DNA from: Candidatus Desantisbacteria bacterium
GTDB taxonomy: Bacteria > UBA9089 > CG2-30-40-21
Length of the DNA: 42,187 bases
Reading direction: 5' to 3'
Assembly (NCBI GenBank): GCA_043806395.1
Contig: JAZDHC010000154.1
Location: 1 to 42,187, forward strand
Part shown: positions 34,439 to 42,187 of the stretch, piece by piece
Layout: every line of letters starts with the position of its first letter
Numbering within the stretch: the stretch's first letter is position 1
Made by a program: the position numbers and the translations under genes
The notes under the pieces: model-generated
The model's database searches: none
What the model saw: only the letters and a program-made list of their open reading frames with translations
What the model was told of the DNA's origin: nothing

Positions 34439-35355
34439 TTAAAACCTCTTTCCCACAGACACCCGATGTGTATTGTCCACATCCCCATAAGGGACAAACG
34501 CATAATCAAACTGAAGGTTTTCTGTGCCAAACCCTATGCCAGCACTCAAGCCTTTATCCATGTCACTATTGGAGTTATATCCTGTTCGCAGGCTAAGTTT
34601 TGGTGTCAACTTGTACTCTACACCAGTATTTATTCTTATATTATTGTCTGTAGGTATGGTAACATCCAGAACACATAATGCCTTTTTGCTGGGCATATTA
34701 AAGGCAATACCACCCTTAATCTCCAGTGGCAGACTATCTGCCTCATTCTCAAACTTCATCTTTGTCCCCATGTTTCGTAAGGCAACACCGACATTTAATC
34801 CCTTAATCTTTGTTGAGCATAATATCCCCATGTCCATAGCTAACCCAGCAGCAGTGCTGTTCTTGATCCTCTGACGAATAACACGGGCATTTGCCCCAAC
34901 TGACATCTGTTCATTCATCCTGCGAGCGTAACTCATGGTTACAGCCATATCCCCGGCTGAAAAGTCCTCAGGGGGGTGCTGGCATCCTTCCAGCCATCTA
35001 TGTTCCCGCTTCCCAGATAGGTAATGCCACCAGCAATCACCCGACCATCACTCAATGGCTTAGCATAGCCCACAAACTCATACCTGACATCCTTGAGCCA
35101 TTCATTGTGCATAAAGGTAAACTCCTGATGTTTAATGCTACCCAGACTGGCTGGGTTCCAACAAATAGCATTCACATCACCATCAACCGCAACATATGCA
35201 CCACCAAGTGCTACGGGTCTTGCCCCAACATCTATTTTGAGGAATTGCCCGCCCTTTGTACCGGCTTTGCTGCTTGTTGCCTCTGTGTTCAGAGCCATTC
35301 CTGTGGTGATGACAAAGATACATATCCCGACTAACATTCTTTTTGTGATTAACAT
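34439..35355 (-). pseudogene. Second PorV/PorQ-family-like barrel, split by a 1-nt frameshift at a G6/C6 run (34971-34976)
   Basis: ORF 34939..35355 has a signal peptide plus GGQFLKIDVGARPVALGGAYVAVDGDVNAICWNPASL. ORF 34439..34948 ends in the OMP beta-signal …NTHRVSVGKRF. Adding one C restores …GWKDASTPPEDFSAGDMAVTMSY…. Confidence 0.7.
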
Positions 35356-35786
35356 ACTCGTACCTCCTTGAATTTGTAAATAATATAGCAGCTACAACGG
35401 CTATTTAGCACGAAGTACTGCATATGATTTTACTTGCTGAGAGCACTGCAAAGTCAACATAATGGCTGCAAAGACTTATGACAATTCTTGACACAAAAAC
35501 ATGTTACTCCTAACTCCTTGCAACTCTTATGCTTGCGAAAAACTCGACATAATTTCCAACATTTATGAGCCTTGCGAAGGCTAAATTCAGCTACTTTTGG
35601 CAATTTTTAGCAAACTGGATGAAATTACCTCATGCATCTCGTCAAGCATGTCAACAACTTACGATATTTGTCAAGTTGAAGTTTTTGCAGGATTTTAGGG
35701 CTATTTTCGTTGTAACTCCTTGTATTTATAGGGATATAGCTTATGCAACGCTCTCCACTTGCTACTACTCATTCCATAAGATTTTC

Positions 35787-35928
35787 GGCATGGTTCAAAA
35801 CTGTTCATCACAGGGTTGCAAAGACACAGAGGAAGAACAACCCCCTAACCCCCTTTTTTAAGGGGGAATTAGAGAAATACAGCCATCCACTTGTCCGTTT
35901 AGTTTGTTACCCTGATTTGAACCATGCC
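35787..35928. mobile_element. 142-bp MITE-like element with 13-bp terminal inverted repeats GGCATGGTTCAAA / TTTGAACCATGCC
   Basis: The left 22 nt (ggcatggttcaaaactgttcat) are identical to 25761-25782. The right 28 nt (agtttgttaccctgatttgaaccatgcc) match 27106-27133 with 1 mismatch. A solo left end lies at about 36265-36278. Confidence 0.5.
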
Positions 35929-35938
35929 AGATTTTCTC

Positions 35939-35967
35939 TTGACAAATATGTATTTTTGTGATACCAT
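35939..35967 (+). promoter_or_regulatory. Possible sigma70-type promoter giving a leaderless transcript
   Basis: TTGACA-17 nt-TACCAT. The -10 ends 7 nt before ATG 35975. Confidence 0.3.
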
Positions 35968-35974
35968 ATGAAAT

Positions 35975-36163
35975 ATGATTAAGGAACAACAGCAAAATTT
36001 AGCTAAATATTTATACGATATCAGTAAAATTATATTTGCTACAATAGTATTAGGTCCCTTAATTGAACCTGTTAGTTTTAAGATTTGGATTATAACCAGC
36101 GGCATTATTGCTACCATTATAATCCTTTTTTCAGCCTATCTTTTAGATGGACGGAGGAAATAA
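35975..36163 (+). CDS. Possible 62-aa two-TM small membrane protein
   Basis: MIKEQQQNLAKYLYDISKIIFATIVLGPLIEPVSFKIWIITSGIIATIIILFSAYLLDGRRK has two hydrophobic helices. There is no RBS, which fits a leaderless start. Confidence 0.3.
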   Translation: MIKEQQQNLAKYLYDISKIIFATIVLGPLIEPVSFKIWIITSGIIATIIILFSAYLLDGRRK

Positions 36164-36165
36164 AA

Positions 36166-36255
36166 ATGATTGCCGTAGGTATAATATTTATTGTTATCAG
36201 CATAATCGGTATAATTGGAATTAGTTACATGCTAACACATAAACCTACATCATAG
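36166..36255 (+). CDS. Possible 29-aa single-TM peptide
   Basis: Hand translation: MIAVGIIFIVISIIGIIGISYMLTHKPTS*. GGAGG lies 7-8 nt upstream, and the ORF starts 3 nt after the previous stop. Confidence 0.3.
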   Translation: MIAVGIIFIVISIIGIIGISYMLTHKPTS

Positions 36256-36410
36256 CCAAATTCCGGCATGGTTCAAAAAAAGGGGCAAAAGGGGGAACAC
36301 CATAAAAATATCCTGAAAATCTCTTGTGGTTCTCTGTGTCTCTGTGGTGAATTCCTCTTCATGAGTAGTTACATTTCTTCTTTGCGTCCTTTGCGAAGAA
36401 TCTCCCTCCT

Positions 36411-39400
36411 CTACCTTATCACCGCCACTTTTCCCACTCTTCTATTCCCATTCCCATCGCTAATCATATAAATATACAGCCCGCTGGCAACCGTCTCACC
36501 AGCATCATTATCCAACTTCCACTCATATCCAGCCGAAACATCTGGCACATCCTTAATCAATTCCCCAGACAAATTCAATATCTTCAAGTTCCCGGTAAAC
36601 CCATCAAAGTGCATGGGTAGCTTCATTGCCGGATTGGGCCATATCTTAAAATCACCCACCTTCTCAACCTGCACCCCTGCTGTTTCCTGCTTTATCGCCC
36701 GTACCATAAAATGCCTCACCGATAACCCCTGATCCTGTGGACAGGTGTAGGTATAGCCATTCTCCTTATCCATAATCATACTTGTCTGACTATCTGTATC
36801 AATCAACAACAAACAATAGCCCTGTGGTAAATATTCCTTGTCCCATGTGATGGCTACAACCTCGTTTGACAGGTTGGTTTTTACCTCAAACTCCCAAGCG
36901 GTAGTGCTCCCAAGTGGTTTCATATCCCAGTCAAATCTATTGAATACACCCTCCTCCGGGTGTGTGAAGTAAAGTGTGACAAAGCTCCCTTGTGGCTCTG
37001 GCGACTCTGGTCTGTCATTTGCATCAAGTCCAGGAGAGGCATTGGGATTTACACCAAAACATGGGGCAAGATTGGCTGTATCCCTATACCTACCGGCTGA
37101 AACATTTAACCCCACCTGCCACTTTCCACTTTCCACTGGTGCTGCCTGAAGAATATTGGTAGTGATACTACCCGCTGCTACATTCGGCACAATCAAACTA
37201 CAATCAACAAGTGCTGCTAACCAATACCCTTCCCATGGCTTAATCCCATTAGCCAATTGATAATTTCCATCCGTATAACCATACAGAATATCCATAACCC
37301 AGCCAGCACCAACCGCTTCCTTCAATCCCTTCCTCACCCCATCCTTTTGCACCATAACCATTGACCAATCCGGGGCAAAACTAAAGGGACAGCCAATCAT
37401 GTTCCAGCCTGGCTTTAAGGCAATGGTAGCCTCATTTGCCATGGGACTATCCTCCACAGTAACTGTGGCTGTGGCAAGCATCCCCAACCAATAGGCACAT
37501 CCATTGGTAATTGTTGTTGCCTCCTCATACCCCTGCTTGTCAAGGTTATAGCCATACAGGTAATATGTGTTGATACCCTCAAAAGTGCTGCTTGACTGCT
37601 GATTAGAGCCAACTGGTATGGAGATGAGGTTCCAGCCCTTGCCATAGGTATGAGAAGAACCTTTTGCTGTTTGGGTGCCATTCTTCACCGAAGAGGCTTT
37701 GAGGCTCAACTCAAACCTGTAAAGTGTCCTGCCCTGTAAACTGCATTTAGCTACTGTCCTTAAATCCCATAATTGACCGTCATCTACATTCCTCAACATA
37801 ACACTATATCCATTAGGAATCCCAATAAAGGAAAGGGTGACAGCCTCACTTGAGCTTGTTTTCACCTCTAATCCTATGACAGCGTCTGTAGCAAACATGC
37901 GAATATCCCGACTGAACTTATCAAATATCATCCCCCAATCCTGATGTGGGAAATACACCTGAAGATACGCCGTATCAGCCGACGCTGGTGGCAGGGGTTC
38001 ATCAAATTCTGCATCAAAGCCATTACTTGCCCCGGCATACATCCCCAGAATCGCTGTACTGGTTATTTGTCCGCTTTGTGCCACAATTTGCATCTCCCAA
38101 TCCATGAGTTGCGAGGTCGTAACAGGGGTTATTATTGCCACATCCGTAGCCACATTTGTTGTCCCTGATTGTGGTACTGATGCTTCGACAGTATTATCTG
38201 CCTTAACCGTTGGTGTCCCAATCTCAAACTCTACTGGATTTGCCTCATATTTTCCTATCCATCTCTTTGGTTGGTTTCCCCAGGAGCTATAGGTTGTCTT
38301 CAGGGTATATTTGCCCGGGGAGGTAATCTTATAACCTGAAACAAGCTCAAGTTTATTGCCAAAGGCTATTTGGCTTAAGCTTAATTTCAGGCTTGTTTGT
38401 TCACCCGGTTTAAGGGTAACAACCGGTGGCAGTCCACTCGAAAAGGGACCAATATATCGCACTATTTTGTGTGTGGGTGTTTCTATTTCCAGAAACAGGG
38501 ACTCGGACTCCATGCTTAATCTACTTACGGTCATGGTTCTGGTACCGCTACACCTTAATACTGCTGTGGCTACAATAGATTCAGCTACACCAAATCCCTC
38601 CTTGTCCAGAACAATGGAAAACTGAAGATCATCCTGAGCCGTAAGGGGAATGCTTAAACCCTGCTGTCCCCTTTTTACCCCAATGGACTGTTTGGCATAT
38701 GGATAATAGCCCTTGGACTGCACACTTAAGGCATAATCCCCTGGTTCAATATCGACTAACTGATATTCTCCGTACCTATTGGTAATGGCAGAATAGCCGC
38801 CAATAGTCACCGTTGCATTCTGTACAGGCTGTTTGGTCACAATATCAGTAACCTTGCCAGAGACTATCCCCAGCCGTGGCTGTTGCACCTCAAACTTTAA
38901 CCCCGGGCATTGTATCTGTGGGTAAATATTGCTTTTATTCAACCAGCCATCAAGAACGAATTCACCCGTCTTATCAGCCAGCCAGGTGGATTGCAGCAAT
39001 ATCTTTGCTCCATTATCCGAAAGGCTTACGCTCTTTCCTCCAGCCAAATTTTGTCTGCTCCACTGGAAGATAACATTACCACTGCCATCTTTTATCCTCA
39101 GATCGCCTATTCGCTCATCAAAGGAAAGTTCCCTCAGGCTAAGCGGCAAGTTCAAGGTGTTTACCACCAGACTAAGGGTTACATAATCACCCTGATAGTA
39201 TGTAGTCTTATCGGTTTTAATCGCTATCGTTAATGGAGAAGCCCACTTCTTAGCATAAGGGTTGTGCTTAGTATAGAATGGCTTGCCATCACCAAGCATT
39301 ACTAATTTCATGCTTTCACTGATGAGTGATTGGCTGCCAGTATAAAATGCCTCTACACTGAAGCTCCCTTTCCCCTTTTTTAACAGGAATGGTGAGAGTA

Positions 39401-41798
39401 CAAAGTGTTCTAATGGAATGCCATCCTTGTTCAGAATTTCAGCATTGAGGCTAACGATATCCCCATGATTTGAGGTGTATTTATAATCACCCGTTATCTC
39501 CAGCCCAAAATTAGCCGTGCTTGTCACCTTGACATTAGCTATCTCATCCTCTTTTGCAGTCTTAAACGACCAAGAGCATTTCTGTGCTAAATTATTACCC
39601 ACCACATCCCTTGCCGTGATATGGAGACTCAGGGTATAGGTTGCATCAGGCAAGGAGATATTTGGGGTAATGGTGAAAATATTCCCGGTATCATTCCAAC
39701 TGACCGTATGGCTGGCAAATGGGGTAATGCCAAAAATATCCTGCTGATTCACATCCATCCTTTCGCTGAATTGGATAACAAATGGCATTGTTCCGGGTTC
39801 AATGCCTGTTTGCTCGTCCGGGATATTGGTATAAACCACTGTTGGCGGGGTGGCATCTAATTTGAATGTTTCACTCACCGCAGTTGCTTTTTCACCTAAT
39901 GCATCCGTAACCATTGCCTTGACCCGAATGGCTTGAGAATCAACCTGTGGCAAAATCCATGGATAGGAGACTTGCGACAGGTTGCTATCCATGACAGAAT
40001 ATGTTTTGCCATTATCGATTGAATAGTATAAATCCACTGTATATGGTGAAATACCACCGGAAATCAGCCAGCCAATATCTAATTTTGCCCCACCCATCAA
40101 GTATTGGCTGCCAGTTATCCCCTTGAGCAGAATCAAGAGTGGTGCATTTTTTCCCTTCACAGCTGTATCAGATTTGAGGCTAAAGTATCCATTACTAATA
40201 TCCATTGCCTTATTGCCATTAGAATCAACCACTGACACCATAATCCCCAGCCTGTCTGAAACCACTGGTGGCATTGTCCAGATATAGACATTTGGACCCA
40301 TTGATTGCTGTTTTAGCCCCTTGACAATATTGGAGTTAATCGGATATAAACCATCTCTGGCATAGGAAATATCTACAGTGTATGGTGGAATGCCGCCACT
40401 AATATTCCAGACGATATTTTGCTGATTACCTATATCCCAGACCTCATTCCCATCAGGAGAGGTTAAGGATGCCTTCAAATCTGATCTGTAATAATCCACG
40501 GTTATTTTCCCCAGAGGCAATTCAGAAGGGTAGGGGACATCGACTATCTCCAAACCCTGATAATCATCTGCCACAAAGGCATATCCATTAGCCACATGCA
40601 GGTTAAATGCCTTGCCCGTTGTCTTATAGGTATCAATCAGCCTCGGATTGGTTAGCTCAGTGAGGTCAACAATATGAATACCCTGACCATTAGCAGCAAT
40701 ATAGGCGTACTTATCGAATCCAACAATATCATAAAGGTTGCCGGGCAGACTCAGCCTTGCCTTTAAGACAGGATTTTTGGGATTGGAAACATCTATCACC
40801 TCTAAAAGCGATTGGTAATTGACTAAATAGGCATAATTATTGCTAACGAACACACCCTTTGCCTGAGCAGTATTGTTATAGGTTGAGGCGAGGACAGGAT
40901 GAATGGGATCAGTAATATTGACAATATACATGCCACTTTTATCATCAGCGATATAGGCATAATTGCCAGAGACATATACCCCCCGACATTGTGCCCCGAT
41001 AATCTCCAGACTCGAAGCAATAAATGGCTTGAGCGGGTTGGATACATCTATTATCTGAAGCCCGCCGCGATAATCAGCCACAAAGGCATACTTGCCAACA
41101 ACCTGCACATCATAAGCCCAACCCGGAGTATCACAGGTGCCAAGCAAAATCGGATTTTTTGGGGCAGAGATGTCAATAATTTGCAACCCGGCATAACCAT
41201 CTGCAACAAAAGCATACTTGCCTGAAACGAAAACCTCATATGCCCAGCCATCTGTGTCATGCCTGCCTGTTGGGACAGGTGACTTAGGATTAGAAATATC
41301 TATTATCTCCAGCCCCTGCTGAAAGTTAGCTATGTAGGCATATTTATCCTGAACAAAAACCCCATAAGCTGTGTGCAAAGCATCATACTTACCAATTAGT
41401 TTGGATATTTCCATATCCCCATCAGCAAGCTTAAACCGTCCCAACTCAGGGTCAACACCAATATTTCCAGGGGTTATTTTTATATCAGGCCAGCCAGCAG
41501 CATTGGATAAATCCATACCAACAAGTTTTTTTCTTGTTTCAGCTGGTGTGGAGTCAAGGCAAAGATTCTGGCCATCAACGAAGATATTGATACTTCCATC
41601 ATTTACTTCAAGGCTGGAAAGGGGTGCATTTTCTTTGCTGGAGAGTTGTTTATCAATGTTATCAGGCATAAACCTGAACGAGGTTGGATTATTATCACCC
41701 GCATCAGAGGGGATGGCATTTTTTATTCTGCTCTCAGCATGGATGCCTGTGGGGATAAACATAAGGATACAGAGCAAGAGATACGCGATTTTTTTCAT
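36411..41798 (-). CDS. Second giant secreted surface protein (1795 aa): LVIVD propeller, Ig-like domains, carboxypeptidase-regulatory-like domain, conserved C-terminal module, T9SS-type CTD; paralogue of 4418..11458
   Basis: - Signal peptide: MKKIAYLLLCILMFIPTGIHA.
- N-terminal DAGDNNPTSFRF…IGVDPELGRFK matches giant 1.
- GLEIIDISNP / GLQIIDISAPKNP / GLQIIDVSNPLKP repeats.
- GIVSGKVTD…YGEYQLVDIEPGDYALSVQSKGYYPY.
- C-terminal GWNMIGCPFSFAPDWSMVMVQKDGVRKGLKEAV….
- IWPNP…SGLYIYMI…GKVAVIR. Confidence 0.85.
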   Translation of the reverse strand: MKKIAYLLLCILMFIPTGIHAESRIKNAIPSDAGDNNPTSFRFMPDNIDKQLSSKENAPLSSLEVNDGSINIFVDGQNLCLDSTPAETRKKLVGMDLSNAAGWPDIKITPGNIGVDPELGRFKLADGDMEISKLIGKYDALHTAYGVFVQDKYAYIANFQQGLEIIDISNPKSPVPTGRHDTDGWAYEVFVSGKYAFVADGYAGLQIIDISAPKNPILLGTCDTPGWAYDVQVVGKYAFVADYRGGLQIIDVSNPLKPFIASSLEIIGAQCRGVYVSGNYAYIADDKSGMYIVNITDPIHPVLASTYNNTAQAKGVFVSNNYAYLVNYQSLLEVIDVSNPKNPVLKARLSLPGNLYDIVGFDKYAYIAANGQGIHIVDLTELTNPRLIDTYKTTGKAFNLHVANGYAFVADDYQGLEIVDVPYPSELPLGKITVDYYRSDLKASLTSPDGNEVWDIGNQQNIVWNISGGIPPYTVDISYARDGLYPINSNIVKGLKQQSMGPNVYIWTMPPVVSDRLGIMVSVVDSNGNKAMDISNGYFSLKSDTAVKGKNAPLLILLKGITGSQYLMGGAKLDIGWLISGGISPYTVDLYYSIDNGKTYSVMDSNLSQVSYPWILPQVDSQAIRVKAMVTDALGEKATAVSETFKLDATPPTVVYTNIPDEQTGIEPGTMPFVIQFSERMDVNQQDIFGITPFASHTVSWNDTGNIFTITPNISLPDATYTLSLHITARDVVGNNLAQKCSWSFKTAKEDEIANVKVTSTANFGLEITGDYKYTSNHGDIVSLNAEILNKDGIPLEHFVLSPFLLKKGKGSFSVEAFYTGSQSLISESMKLVMLGDGKPFYTKHNPYAKKWASPLTIAIKTDKTTYYQGDYVTLSLVVNTLNLPLSLRELSFDERIGDLRIKDGSGNVIFQWSRQNLAGGKSVSLSDNGAKILLQSTWLADKTGEFVLDGWLNKSNIYPQIQCPGLKFEVQQPRLGIVSGKVTDIVTKQPVQNATVTIGGYSAITNRYGEYQLVDIEPGDYALSVQSKGYYPYAKQSIGVKRGQQGLSIPLTAQDDLQFSIVLDKEGFGVAESIVATAVLRCSGTRTMTVSRLSMESESLFLEIETPTHKIVRYIGPFSSGLPPVVTLKPGEQTSLKLSLSQIAFGNKLELVSGYKITSPGKYTLKTTYSSWGNQPKRWIGKYEANPVEFEIGTPTVKADNTVEASVPQSGTTNVATDVAIITPVTTSQLMDWEMQIVAQSGQITSTAILGMYAGASNGFDAEFDEPLPPASADTAYLQVYFPHQDWGMIFDKFSRDIRMFATDAVIGLEVKTSSSEAVTLSFIGIPNGYSVMLRNVDDGQLWDLRTVAKCSLQGRTLYRFELSLKASSVKNGTQTAKGSSHTYGKGWNLISIPVGSNQQSSSTFEGINTYYLYGYNLDKQGYEEATTITNGCAYWLGMLATATVTVEDSPMANEATIALKPGWNMIGCPFSFAPDWSMVMVQKDGVRKGLKEAVGAGWVMDILYGYTDGNYQLANGIKPWEGYWLAALVDCSLIVPNVAAGSITTNILQAAPVESGKWQVGLNVSAGRYRDTANLAPCFGVNPNASPGLDANDRPESPEPQGSFVTLYFTHPEEGVFNRFDWDMKPLGSTTAWEFEVKTNLSNEVVAITWDKEYLPQGYCLLLIDTDSQTSMIMDKENGYTYTCPQDQGLSVRHFMVRAIKQETAGVQVEKVGDFKIWPNPAMKLPMHFDGFTGNLKILNLSGELIKDVPDVSAGYEWKLDNDAGETVASGLYIYMISDGNGNRRVGKVAVIR

Positions 41799-42114
41799 TG
41801 TTTGGAGCCTCCAAGGGCATAGCTATGGCGTAAAAGGAAAGGCACAAAGGCACAAAGAAACCCTCTCCCCAGTAAATTCCCCCTTTGAAGTGGGTTAGGA
41901 GGATGTATTCCCCTCTGGACATATGAAATGGAAGGCTGAAACCATCCACTACGAGGGGTGTCTTTTTTCTCTATGACAATATGATTTTAAGTTGTGAAAG
42001 AGGAAAAAACAGAAAGGATTGAGCATCCCTCATTACAGGGATACTATACTCAGCAAGTCCATAAATTGTGTTTTTCGCTGGTCTTAATCAACGATAGCTG
42101 CGTTGTTCAGATTC

Positions 42115-42174
42115 GTAGGGGCGAACCTATGTGTTCGCCCAGTTATTCGGGTAGACACACAGGTCTACCCCTAC
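42115..42174. repeat. Pair of REP family A elements
   Basis: gtaggggcgaacctatgtgttcgccc (42115-42140) and the variant gggtagacacacaggtctacccctac (42149-42174). Confidence 0.85.
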
Positions 42175-42187
42175 GGTCCATCTTACG

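Noticed and set aside
35597-35612. TTGGCAATTTTTAGCA on the plus strand as a sigma54 promoter
   Set aside because: The GG-to-GC spacing is 9 rather than 10, the -12 reads TAGC, and no gene lies downstream.
35565-35961. Track ORFs 35565..35861 and 35743..35961 (+)
   Set aside because: They read through the MITE-like element and REP family C/D sequence (…KDTEEEQPPNPLF…) and have no translation signals.
4418-41798. Diversity-generating retroelement acting on the two giant paralogues
   Set aside because: There is no reverse transcriptase and no template/variable repeat pair. Differences between the conserved cassettes are not confined to adenine positions by eye.

Overview
AT-rich, repeat-saturated 42.2-kb fragment that looks like an uncultivated diderm bacterium; I cannot assign taxonomy from sequence alone. 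The secretion signals are of the FCB-superphylum type (PorV-like barrels, T9SS/FlgD-Ig-type C-terminal domains). ORF coordinates come from the supplied track. Coordinates of non-ORF features were hand-counted and may be off by 1-2 nt.

Layout:
- 1-3.4 kb: an orphan FliM-like gene, an AAA-ATPase-like/PD-(D/E)XK gene and an IS630 transposase remnant.
- 3.4-3.9 kb: a near-consensus sigma54 promoter with upstream palindromic sites. It drives a short terminated transcript, a candidate sRNA.
- 4.4-22.5 kb: a co-directional minus-strand cluster of seven secreted-protein genes headed by a second sigma54 promoter. In transcription order these are two paralogous pilin-like proteins, a PapD-like protein, a 912-aa barrel-like protein, an NHL propeller with a CTD, a PorV-like barrel with a long tail, and a 2346-aa protein with LVIVD, Ig, PEGA, cohesin, dockerin and T9SS-type CTD modules. 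This cluster is my best candidate for an undescribed surface-fibre/adhesin assembly system.
- 23.0-25.8 kb: a divergent histidine kinase and NtrC-type sigma54 activator.
- 25.8-27.1 kb: a transposase remnant and a GT2 glycosyltransferase bracketed by MITE-like ends.
- 27.2-31.9 kb: a decayed type I R-M locus (hsdR, hsdS and hsdM remnants) carrying intact DUF4143-type ATPase and RhuM genes.
- 31.9-34.2 kb: a SAM methyltransferase and an amidase.
- 34.4-41.8 kb: a frameshifted second PorV-like gene, a repeat-rich gap, and a second giant LVIVD/CTD paralogue (1795 aa).

Nearly every intergenic gap holds palindromic REP-like elements from at least four families. Repeat arrays also sit in frame inside surface-protein genes. 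I recognised no rRNA, tRNA, CRISPR array or cas genes.
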